37,064 nt of DNA from Deltaproteobacteria bacterium (GTDB lineage: Bacteria > SAR324 > NAC60-12), in assembly GCA_011522845.1 (NCBI GenBank), contig WTIF01000013.1:1-37064 (forward strand), read 5' to 3'. Position 1 is the stretch's first letter. Every line of letters begins with the position of its first letter. The notes beneath the pieces are model-generated. The model was not told the origin of the DNA and ran no database searches. It saw only the letters and a program-made list of their open reading frames with translations. The position numbers and the translations under genes are program-made. Positions 8,523 to 16,867 of the stretch are shown here, piece after piece.

Positions 8523-10412
8523 ATGCTGGAAAGAGGATTCACGCGGACCCTGGCCGCCCTTGTGATGATTGCCCTGCCGGCAATCACATGGGCTGCTGGC
8601 AGTGGAGAAAGCTCCGGGCCGGGCAGCCTGGTAGTACCTCTGGGAATGATGCTCTTAGGAGCAACCGTACTCGCCATTCTGTTGAGCTATGTCAAGCAGT
8701 CAAGCCTACTCGCCTTTATCGGTGTGGGGGCCATCGGTGGATTCTATGCCAAGTCCATTGGTGCTGGAGATGAACTGATCTCCAAGGAGCTAATGAGCGC
8801 CTTCATCGATATTGGAATCATCCTGCTGCTCTTCATGGCAGGGATGGAGGTCGATATCAAGGGCATGATCAAGCGCTGGCAGTTGGTACTGATCAATGGT
8901 GCTGGACAGATCACCATCCTCCTGGTTGTGAGTATGGGACTTGGGATTGCCTACATTGGGATTGGCGCGGACACCTTCGGTGATGGTTGGTTTGCCACCC
9001 TGATTTACTTTGGTCTCTGTTTGACACTCTCTTCAACTATTCTGGTAATTGGGACGCTGAAGAAAACTGGACAGATGGAAACCCTGCATGGTCAGATTGC
9101 GCTGGGTTTAATGGTGCTTCAAGACGTGGTTGCAGTTGTGGCCCTAGCAATTCTGTTGAGCTTAGATCCAAGCCGTGAAGGTGGTGGTTCCTTGGGTCTT
9201 GAAGTCGCAATGATCTTTGTGAAGATGGCCATCCTGATCGTGATTCTCTACTTCTTCACCAAGTACGTACTCAACGCAATGTTCAAGTACTTGGCCCGCT
9301 CTTCCGAGTTGCTCTTCATTGGAGCTTTGGGTTATGGAATGGGCGTTGGCGGCCTTTGTGAGGTTGTCAGCTTCTCCTCCGGAATCGGTGCCTTCTTCGC
9401 CGGTGCCACACTGGCAGCACTACCCTACCGCCACGAGATTGAAGACAAAGTAGAACCTCTAAAGGCTTTCGGGGTAATCCTCTTCTTCATTGCCCTCGGC
9501 TTCGACCTACCTTTCCTTGACGGTGCAGCCATCGTTGGTGGACTCTCCACAGGTGTTGTATTGACCCTGTACCTAGTCATCTTGACAGTGCCACTCATGC
9601 TCTTCTTGGGCTACATGGCTAAGATGAAGGGAAGAGCGGCCTTCATGATTGGAGCTATTATCAATCAAAGCTCTGAATTCTCCTTGATGCTTGCTGTCCT
9701 TTGTCGTCAGTTCGGCATCTTCAATGATGAACTATTTATCATCGTCACACTGGTAGTGTTGCTAACCTTCTTCCTCTCCTCACTTGGGCACCAGTTCCTG
9801 GATCCAATGTATCAGGCTGCCCGTAGTCGCTTACTTTTCATGGACAAGCGTAGTATGGAAGAAGAGGAGGAACATGAAGAATTGGAGATGGAAGATCATG
9901 TTGTCATTCTCTCCTTCAATGAACTCTCGATGGAGATTGCTGACTTCTACAGTCAAAACAATCAGAAGGTTCTGCTGTTGGATCTTGATCCAGACATCAC
10001 CGACTACTTCAAGAAGAACCACTCTAACTCCAATATTGTAGCCAAGTACGCAGACATGCAGGATCCCGATGTTTGGGAGCATTTCGCATTCGAGAAAGCT
10101 CGCATTGTGATTTCCTGTCTGGACGAGGGGCAAGAAGCCGAGATCGGTATCTGCCATTACCTGCACGAGAAAAGCGACCATGTGCCCTTCCTGGCAGCGA
10201 CCAGCTCACACGAAGAAGCACTCGAGTTGTATGAGGCAGGTGTACGTTACGCTATCCAAACTGAATACCTGGCTTCTAAAAGCTTCCGAGACCTGTTTGC
10301 TCAGGAAATGGACAAGGATCCAAAAGATGCCTTCCGAGAAGTTGGAAAAGAGCATTTTGAACAAACCAAGCAGATCCAAGAAGGTATGGGCAGTATTTTC
10401 AGTTTGGTCTGA
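8523..10412 (+). CDS. CPA2-type cation/proton antiporter (Kef/Nha-like membrane domain) with a C-terminal RCK/KTN-like domain lacking the glycine loop; paralog 1
   Basis: Polytopic membrane domain with IGIILLLFMAGMEVD (Na_H_Exchanger-like). I prefer the ATG at 8523 (GGAG 8 nt upstream, signal-like N-terminus) over the TTG at 8442. The C-terminal beta-alpha-beta region reads HVVILSFNEL...VLLLDLD. Confidence 0.8.
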   Translation: MLERGFTRTLAALVMIALPAITWAAGSGESSGPGSLVVPLGMMLLGATVLAILLSYVKQSSLLAFIGVGAIGGFYAKSIGAGDELISKELMSAFIDIGIILLLFMAGMEVDIKGMIKRWQLVLINGAGQITILLVVSMGLGIAYIGIGADTFGDGWFATLIYFGLCLTLSSTILVIGTLKKTGQMETLHGQIALGLMVLQDVVAVVALAILLSLDPSREGGGSLGLEVAMIFVKMAILIVILYFFTKYVLNAMFKYLARSSELLFIGALGYGMGVGGLCEVVSFSSGIGAFFAGATLAALPYRHEIEDKVEPLKAFGVILFFIALGFDLPFLDGAAIVGGLSTGVVLTLYLVILTVPLMLFLGYMAKMKGRAAFMIGAIINQSSEFSLMLAVLCRQFGIFNDELFIIVTLVVLLTFFLSSLGHQFLDPMYQAARSRLLFMDKRSMEEEEEHEELEMEDHVVILSFNELSMEIADFYSQNNQKVLLLDLDPDITDYFKKNHSNSNIVAKYADMQDPDVWEHFAFEKARIVISCLDEGQEAEIGICHYLHEKSDHVPFLAATSSHEEALELYEAGVRYAIQTEYLASKSFRDLFAQEMDKDPKDAFREVGKEHFEQTKQIQEGMGSIFSLV

Positions 10413-10438
10413 TTTCTTCTACCCCTCTAGCAGAGAGA

Positions 10439-12283
10439 ATGACTATGAATCTTTGTCAAAAACTACGCACTTCCCTGGGGGTGCTATTCATCACACTCTT
10501 CGTGATGGCCACGCCTGCCTACGCGGCGGGTGGTGGAGCCTTGATCATGTCACTCGGCTTGCTGCTTGGTAGCGCAATGCTGATTTCGATGGTCCTGACT
10601 CGCTTCAACCAGCCTATTCTACTTGCTTTCGTAGTGGCTGGCGCTGTGGGTGGTTTGGTCGCTGGTAGCGAAGCAGCCATGGCAATCGCCAATGGTCCTC
10701 TGATTGAAGGCTTCGCTGAAATTGGCATCGTCCTGCTACTATTCATGGCCGGAATGAGCGTCAACCTGCGAGAGATCACGAACCGCAGTAAACTGGTACT
10801 CTACAACGGCATTGGCCAGTTGGTGGTTGTAATGATTGTCATGCTTCTACTAGCGGCTGGCATTATCGATGGCATTGGCACCGAAGGCCTCTTCTTCGTT
10901 GCCATTTGTCTCTCCCTCTCGTCAACTCTAGTAGCCCAGAGCGCTCTGAGCTATTCCGGCTCGGAAGGATCGCTGCACGGTCAGTTGGCTGGTGGGATCA
11001 TGCTACTGCAGGACTTGGTCGCTGTGGTTGCTATTGTCCTGCTGGAAGGCCAGATGCGCGATGCTGGGGGTATTACGGGAATGGGGATGGCGTTCATCAA
11101 GATGCTGGTTCTGATGGCGGTCTTGTCTTCGCTATCCCGCTACGTTCTGGAGAAGGTTTTCAAATTCCTCAGTGAGTCGCCAGAACTGATGTTCGTCACC
11201 GCGCTGGGCTACTGTATGGGGGTAGCGGCTGTGTGCGACACATTGGGCTTCTCCCAGGAAGGTGGCGCTTTCTTCGCCGGTGTCTTCCTCGGAATCATCC
11301 CCCAGAAATTGGAAATTGAGGACAAGGTCAACCCACTGAAGACTTTTGGGGTGATTCTCTTCTTCCTCACCTTGGGCTTCCGTATGGTCACGCTGGAATC
11401 CGGAGCAATAGGTGGTGCCTTTGGCTTGGCAATCGTGCTTGCAGTCATTGTATTGGTCCTCAAACCAGTCGCCATGTTGATCACCGGTTGGGCCACTCGC
11501 CTAAAAGGACGCCCCGCATTTTTGCTGGGTGGTACAATCAACCACTGCTCGGAATTCTCATTGATCATCGCGTTGATCTGTCGTGAAACTGGCTTGTTCA
11601 GTGACTATGTTTTCGCCCTAGTCACCTTGACTGTCTTGTTCTCAATGTTCTTTGCGGCGATCAGTCACCTCTATCTGGGCACTCTCTACAACATGTTGCG
11701 TGGCTCATTGCGCTTCATTGACAAGCGAAGCTCCACCTATGAACTGGAAGGAGATTTTGCGCTGGAAAATCACGTAGTGGTTCTCTCTTACAATGAGTTA
11801 GCCGCTGAAATCGCAGGGCACTACGCAGAGAAAGGCGAGAAGGTTCTACTGATGGACCTGGATCCGGAGATCACCGAGTTCTTCCGCAAAAAAGAGGATT
11901 CGAATATTGTCCCACTTTATGCCGATATGGAAGATCCAGATGTCTGGAAGCAGTTTGCTTTTGAAAAGGCGAAGGTTGTCGTTTCTTGTCTTGTTGAAGG
12001 ACAGGAAATGGAGTTGGGCATCGCAGCCTACTTGGCTGAGCATGCTCCAGACACGCCATTCGTTGCAACCACTTCCTCTCATGACGAAGCACTGGAACTT
12101 TACGAAGCTGGTGTGCGCTATGTGATCCAAACGGACTATCTTGCTTCGAAGAGCTTCCGCAAAGTCTTCGAGGAAGAGATGGGCAAGAGTACCAAAGAGG
12201 CCTTCCTGCAAAAGGGCAAGGACCATTGGGATGCTACTCGCCAGATCCAAGAAGATCTTGGGGCCATCTTCAAGTTCGTTTAA
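10439..12283 (+). CDS. CPA2-type cation/proton antiporter with a degenerate RCK-like domain; paralog 2
   Basis: Collinear with the upstream gene along its whole length (IGIVLLLFMAGMSVN; HVVVLSYNEL...VLLMDLD; shared C-terminal ALELYEAGVRY.IQT.YLASKSFR). Confidence 0.8.
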   Translation: MTMNLCQKLRTSLGVLFITLFVMATPAYAAGGGALIMSLGLLLGSAMLISMVLTRFNQPILLAFVVAGAVGGLVAGSEAAMAIANGPLIEGFAEIGIVLLLFMAGMSVNLREITNRSKLVLYNGIGQLVVVMIVMLLLAAGIIDGIGTEGLFFVAICLSLSSTLVAQSALSYSGSEGSLHGQLAGGIMLLQDLVAVVAIVLLEGQMRDAGGITGMGMAFIKMLVLMAVLSSLSRYVLEKVFKFLSESPELMFVTALGYCMGVAAVCDTLGFSQEGGAFFAGVFLGIIPQKLEIEDKVNPLKTFGVILFFLTLGFRMVTLESGAIGGAFGLAIVLAVIVLVLKPVAMLITGWATRLKGRPAFLLGGTINHCSEFSLIIALICRETGLFSDYVFALVTLTVLFSMFFAAISHLYLGTLYNMLRGSLRFIDKRSSTYELEGDFALENHVVVLSYNELAAEIAGHYAEKGEKVLLMDLDPEITEFFRKKEDSNIVPLYADMEDPDVWKQFAFEKAKVVVSCLVEGQEMELGIAAYLAEHAPDTPFVATTSSHDEALELYEAGVRYVIQTDYLASKSFRKVFEEEMGKSTKEAFLQKGKDHWDATRQIQEDLGAIFKFV

Positions 12284-12293
12284 TCCCTCCACC

Positions 12294-12322
12294 GGGTGTT
12301 GCTCCGGCAGCACCCGTCTTCT
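12294..12322 (+). terminator. Stem-loop (GGGTGTTGC-tccg-GCAGCACCC) plus GTCTTCT after antiporter 2; terminator- or attenuator-like
   Basis: 9-bp stem with one G-U pair and a tetraloop, followed by a modest T-rich tail. It lies only about 10 nt before the receiver gene ATG. Confidence 0.35.
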
Positions 12323-12331
12323 AAGCACCGT

Positions 12332-12718
12332 ATGCACTACGATGCCTCTATCCTCCTAGTGGATGACTACGAGTTCATCCGAACCATTCTTGAAAGAATG
12401 CTGCAACAGCTTGGCTATCAAAACCTCTGCATGGCTGCTGATGGCGTGGACGCTCTGCACCTGTTGCGAACCCGACCTGTTGATCTAGTTATCACTGACT
12501 ATCACATGCCAGAAATGGACGGCATCGGCCTCTTCCAAGCAATGCAGCAGGATCCTGTCCTGGCTAAGATTCCTGTTCTGCTGATCTCTGGTGTTCCTAC
12601 CGAAAAATTTGCGACACAGGCACTGGCGATAGGGATCCAAAGTACCCTAAACAAACCCTTCCGTGCAGAGCAACTGGATCAGGAAATCCAATCTCTGCTG
12701 ACCCGATCTCTCTCTTAA
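12332..12718 (+). CDS. Stand-alone response-regulator receiver domain (CheY-like)
   Basis: LLVDD acidic pair, phospho-acceptor context VITDYHMPEMDG, LISG, KPF lysine. No output domain. I prefer the ATG at 12332 over the TTG at 12296. Confidence 0.8.
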   Translation: MHYDASILLVDDYEFIRTILERMLQQLGYQNLCMAADGVDALHLLRTRPVDLVITDYHMPEMDGIGLFQAMQQDPVLAKIPVLLISGVPTEKFATQALAIGIQSTLNKPFRAEQLDQEIQSLLTRSLS

Positions 12719-12720
12719 AA

Positions 12721-12873
12721 ATGCTGCGAATCATTCTGCTGCTGGTGATTCTACCAATGATCCTGGGCTTTCTGTTCTCTCGGCTATCTCAGCCTGTTCT
12801 GCGCTGGGTTGGATATTCTCTCCTTGTCATTCCTCCTTCCATCGCCATGACATTGTTGCTCGATCTAATTTGA
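12721..12873 (+). CDS. 50-codon hydrophobic small ORF; possibly a remnant of the N-terminus of an AEC (auxin efflux carrier)-type transporter
   Basis: Below the ORF-track cutoff; translated by hand: MLRIILLLVILPMILGFLFSRLSQPVLRWVGYSLLVIPPSIAMTLLLDLI. The pattern resembles AEC-family N-termini. Its 3' end overlaps the convergent thioredoxin-like gene. Confidence 0.2.
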   Translation: MLRIILLLVILPMILGFLFSRLSQPVLRWVGYSLLVIPPSIAMTLLLDLI

Positions 12874-13317
12874 AGGACGTAGTTCGCCGAACACCTTTCG
12901 TAAAAATTCTGGTTCCTGTAGACCTTCCAGCACCCCCAAGCGTTGCCCATCCTGTGTGAAAAAGATCAGGGTAGTGCTCCCAACTTCCTGCTGATTCGCA
13001 AAAGCCTGACCCTCTGGACGACTCAGATCTGCAATCAAAAAATCCATGTCCGCCCGAAACTCCCCCTGCAAATTCGCAACTGTGCGTTGGAGTTGGCGAC
13101 AAGCAACACATGTCGGATCATGCACCTGGACTACAACTGGTCGTCCGCTACCAATTCGTGAAAGATCATACTCCTCATCTTTGGAATGCTGTTGCCACCA
13201 CCAGACTCCACCTGCACTTATCAGCAAGAAGAGCGTGAGTAATGTGGAACTCCAGGACCCAAAGTAACCACCAAACTTTCGAGGTGTTTTCAATGATTTT
13301 CCTGCTCCCACTCCCAC
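12865..13317 (-). CDS. Membrane-anchored thioredoxin-fold protein (CVAC motif)
   Basis: N-terminal TM (STLLTLFLLISAGGVWWW), then VVVQVHDPTCVACRQL, which is typical of Trx-like CxxC proteins. The start is either GTG 13317 or TTG 13293; the latter forms a TTGA overlap with the HNH stop. Confidence 0.55.
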   Translation of the reverse strand: MGVGAGKSLKTPRKFGGYFGSWSSTLLTLFLLISAGGVWWWQQHSKDEEYDLSRIGSGRPVVVQVHDPTCVACRQLQRTVANLQGEFRADMDFLIADLSRPEGQAFANQQEVGSTTLIFFTQDGQRLGVLEGLQEPEFLRKVFGELRPSN

Positions 13318-13679
13318 TCCTCTTGTTCGAAGTCCTCAGAGGTCTTTGTGTTTTGTTGAGATTGTTGAGCAAGAGCTTTGCTGCGAAGCTCACCTAGAGC
13401 CTTAGAATAAGAAGAATCTTCAAACAGTTCTGTCTGCTGATGCTGGTAGGGTGCGTGCTGACGAGCCTCCTTTTCAATCTGTAAATGACAACGACTGCAA
13501 AGAGGAATTAAATTTTCCAAGGCATTATTGCCTGGATTCTCGTCAATATGATGAACCTGGAGAGCAATATCGTCCTCATCGCCAGATAATTTGCAGCGTG
13601 CGCAGCGATTGCCAAACTCTTGACGAACCCACCTTGACATCACTGGCCAGTCAGGATGATAGCGCTCATCCAGAGACAT
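13290..13679 (-). CDS. Small HNH endonuclease
   Basis: CARC...HHIDENPGNNALENLIPLCSRCH gives a complete HNH/zinc-finger signature. It has an acidic, Q-rich C-terminal tail. Confidence 0.8.
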   Translation of the reverse strand: MSLDERYHPDWPVMSRWVRQEFGNRCARCKLSGDEDDIALQVHHIDENPGNNALENLIPLCSRCHLQIEKEARQHAPYQHQQTELFEDSSYSKALGELRSKALAQQSQQNTKTSEDFEQEEWEWEQENH

Positions 13680-13778
13680 TCCACTCCTGTTGGCGGAATT
13701 CCTGCTTTACGACACAATTAAAATTCGATATAAACATTTCCCTCCATCTAAGAATTTTCCTACAGACAGTGAGGTCAA

Positions 13779-14195
13779 ATGAGCGTCAATCGTCAAGAAT
13801 ATCTGGACATCATCTCCATCGTCAGCCATCTCGCCCGCTCTGACGGAGATGTTGCGGATTCGGAGAAAAAAGTATTGATGACCCTGTTCAAGGCGATCGG
13901 GGTCACGAAGGAAGAGCAGGCCGCGATGAAAGCCAAGACCTCAATTGGGGCGTTATTGGAGGAAATTCAGTCTGATGAAGCCAAAAGTGCCCTGGTGGAC
14001 ACTCTCGCTCTGGTAGCTGGTGCTGATGGAGTGTTTGAAGATGAAGAACGCGCCTTCATTACCAAGGTCATGACGCGGATTGGTATGGAGCCCAGTGAAC
14101 ACCCTTACTTTCAGGATGGCGGGGACCTGGACATCAAGACCGTTCGGGCCAACGTCAAACAGATTCTGGAATCACTGAAGAGCGCAACCTCTTAG
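13779..14195 (+). CDS. TerB-like (tellurite-resistance TerB / DjlA N-terminal-like) domain protein
   Basis: Two repeats of the ADG..(D/E)EE pattern (LARSDGDVADSEKKVL; VAGADGVFEDEERAFI), which is characteristic of the TerB fold. Recognised by eye only. Confidence 0.5.
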   Translation: MSVNRQEYLDIISIVSHLARSDGDVADSEKKVLMTLFKAIGVTKEEQAAMKAKTSIGALLEEIQSDEAKSALVDTLALVAGADGVFEDEERAFITKVMTRIGMEPSEHPYFQDGGDLDIKTVRANVKQILESLKSATS

Positions 14196-15049
14196 GTCGA
14201 TTCACTTCCATCCCGGAAATCACGCAACCAGCGCAAATGCTCCGGGGTGGTGTTTGCCCCCAATCCAAAGATTGCTACTTCCTGCTCAAGTAGCTGCTCC
14301 GCCTTACGCTGAAACCAGGAACTTGGCCGCTGCTCCGTCTGCGGTAACTCATCCAGCACAACACTGACCACCCCACACTCACCCACCAACTGTTCGACAT
14401 CTTCGGCTAAGCCAGGTTGCAGAGCGGAAGCATGCAACCCGACAATGGTACGTCCCAACTGAACCATTTCGAGCAGTCCCTCTAGTCGCTCGCCCAACCG
14501 AATATCAGGTTGTAAGCGTAGATGCAGCGCACAATCTCGCTGAAAGCTCCGCCGTGCCAAGCGAGCGACTTGCTGCAGTTCCTTGAGTCGGGTAAAGCCT
14601 TCTGCCCAGAGTAAATCTGCCCCTGTATCTGAAAGATATACGATTGGAGGTCCATAGACCCGCTCTGCCAAATGTTCATCCAACTCTGACTGACTCTCAG
14701 CCTGTCGTAACAAACCAGCACTGACAACCCGTCCCAAGGCTTCACGGAGCAGGGCCATGCCGTTGTTATTGATAGCTTCCTCACGATCTTCAATGCCTTG
14801 CTGAGTTAGCTCAAGGACGTTGGCACCAGCGGTGTTCGTACGGAAAAAATCTGCACCCGCTCGCTGGTAGCTCTTGTAGGCAGCACGAACCCAATCCATT
14901 TGCTCCAGATTTGCCAGATACAGCGGCTGGTTTTCTGGCAAACCAAACTTTTCTAGAATTGGGACGAGGCTACCCTCACTAAACACCGGAGCATGTTCTT
15001 GTAGCCAATCCAGGAGAGAAAATGTAGGAGGAGTACTTTCGGTGTTCAT
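14192..15049 (-). CDS. Homocysteine S-methyltransferase-fold (Hcy-binding domain) protein lacking all three zinc-ligand cysteines
   Basis: GADFFRTNTAGAN matches GADxIxTNTF. GLHASA replaces GxNC. FGLGANTTPEHL replaces GGCCGTTPxHI. ATGA overlap with the glmS stop. Confidence 0.6.
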   Translation of the reverse strand: MNTESTPPTFSLLDWLQEHAPVFSEGSLVPILEKFGLPENQPLYLANLEQMDWVRAAYKSYQRAGADFFRTNTAGANVLELTQQGIEDREEAINNNGMALLREALGRVVSAGLLRQAESQSELDEHLAERVYGPPIVYLSDTGADLLWAEGFTRLKELQQVARLARRSFQRDCALHLRLQPDIRLGERLEGLLEMVQLGRTIVGLHASALQPGLAEDVEQLVGECGVVSVVLDELPQTEQRPSSWFQRKAEQLLEQEVAIFGLGANTTPEHLRWLRDFRDGSEST

Positions 15050-16866
15050 CCAACCGTCACTGACTTGGCCAGATTGCGAGGCTTGTCAATATTGCGCCCC
15101 AGATCAAGCGCTGCATAGTAGGAAAGCAATTGAGCCATGGTCATCTGGAGCAAAGGAGCCAACCAAGGATGAACTGTAGGCAGTTCGACTGCGTAGTCGA
15201 GAACCTCACGGGCATGTCGATCTCCTTCAAAAACAAAACCGGCTAACGTGCCACCGCGAGTTCGGATCTCTTCCATCGCAATCAGTGTCCGTCGATGCAA
15301 GTCCTGCTGCCCCGGGAGTGGCACAAAAAACAGAGAATGAACCGACTTCTCAATCATTGAAAGAGTGCCATGTTTGAGGAATCCTGCCGGCATTCCTTCC
15401 GCATGCTGATAGGTTATTTCCTTCATCTTCAAAGCAGACTCCATCGCTACCGGATAGTACTGTCCACATCCTAGAAACAGCCAGTTAGGGACCCAACTGG
15501 TGGAGCGAGCAATGTTTCGCAAAAAGCCAGATTGCTCGTTCAGAGTGTCCTGAATCAAGTCTGGCAGACGATTCACAGCAGCGTGGAAAGAGTCGATCTG
15601 CTGGTCATCCAAACTACCTTGTTGGCGACCGGTTTCCACAGCGATTCGGAGTAAAATCAGGGTCTGTGCCATCGCAGCCTTGGTGGAGACCACACAAATT
15701 TCTGGTCCAGATCCCTGCATAATGACCTGATCAACCTGCATCCCAATCGAGGACCCCATCACATTAACGATTGCTGCTGTCTTGGCACCACGCTGGCGAG
15801 CAAAATTCAGCGCCATCTTGGTATCGTAGGTTTCTCCGGACTGAGAAATTGCCAGCACCAAATCCTGTGCCTGTACACCAGCAATATCAATAAATTCGTC
15901 GGAACTGATGGCTGGGAAGTAGCGTCCTGTCAGTTGTGAGAAAAAATACTGCCCTAGCTGTGCTACATAGAAGGTGGTTCCCACACCAACGAGATAGGCC
16001 TGTGGTGCTTCTACAAACTTCTGAGCTAGTTTTCGAATCTCCTCATCTGGAATCTTTAGCGCCTGACGCAGGGTCTGAGGTTCATCAAAGATTTCTTTGA
16101 GCATGTAGTGGGCAAAACCACCCTTGCGGGTTGTCTCTGCATCCCAGTCAATATGCAGTATGTCTTTCTCGACCTGCTGACCATCACGCAGACTACGAAT
16201 CTGATAGCTCTCTTGCGTCAGAATGACATATTCGTCATCATCCAGAATCACCGCCCGTCGTGTATACTCCAGAAAAGCATTGATATCCGAACCAACGTAG
16301 TTGCTGCCTTCTCCCAACCCTAAAATCAGAGGAGAATCGCGCTTCGCACAGAAGAGCCGATCCGGTTCATGCACTGAAATCATCACGATCGCAAAAGAGC
16401 CTTCCATTTGTTCCAATGCCGCTACAAATGCACGTTCAGTATTTTGTAATCGTTCATAGTGACGGGCCACCAGTTGTACAAACACCTCGGTATCCGTCTG
16501 CGTACAGAACGTTACTCCTTCTGCTTCCAGCTCCTCCCGCAAGTCCTGATAGTTTGAAAAAATACCATTGTGCACAACCGCAAAAGCCTCGTTAGTGGAG
16601 AGGTGCGGGTGGGCATTCTCCCGACTGACCACTCCGTGAGTGGCCCAACGCGTATGGGCAATGCCAAGACGCCCGCTGAGTTGGGTAAGACGTTCCCGTT
16701 GATTAACCTCTTCCACCCCCCCGGTGTTCTTGCGAGTCTGGATCTTGCCCGCGTCCAGTAGTGCCATTCCACACGAATCATATCCTCGGTACTCTAGATT
16801 GCGAATTGAGGCATAGAGCGGATGGGCCACATTCTTTGCGTTGATCATTCCACTGATTCCGCACAT
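15046..16866 (-). CDS. glmS: Glutamine--fructose-6-phosphate aminotransferase
   Basis: The MCGI N-terminal nucleophile start (so ATG 16866, not 16902), two SIS domains, and a C-terminal NLAKSVTV tail. Confidence 0.93.
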   Translation of the reverse strand: MCGISGMINAKNVAHPLYASIRNLEYRGYDSCGMALLDAGKIQTRKNTGGVEEVNQRERLTQLSGRLGIAHTRWATHGVVSRENAHPHLSTNEAFAVVHNGIFSNYQDLREELEAEGVTFCTQTDTEVFVQLVARHYERLQNTERAFVAALEQMEGSFAIVMISVHEPDRLFCAKRDSPLILGLGEGSNYVGSDINAFLEYTRRAVILDDDEYVILTQESYQIRSLRDGQQVEKDILHIDWDAETTRKGGFAHYMLKEIFDEPQTLRQALKIPDEEIRKLAQKFVEAPQAYLVGVGTTFYVAQLGQYFFSQLTGRYFPAISSDEFIDIAGVQAQDLVLAISQSGETYDTKMALNFARQRGAKTAAIVNVMGSSIGMQVDQVIMQGSGPEICVVSTKAAMAQTLILLRIAVETGRQQGSLDDQQIDSFHAAVNRLPDLIQDTLNEQSGFLRNIARSTSWVPNWLFLGCGQYYPVAMESALKMKEITYQHAEGMPAGFLKHGTLSMIEKSVHSLFFVPLPGQQDLHRRTLIAMEEIRTRGGTLAGFVFEGDRHAREVLDYAVELPTVHPWLAPLLQMTMAQLLSYYAALDLGRNIDKPRNLAKSVTVG

Positions 16867-16867
16867 T

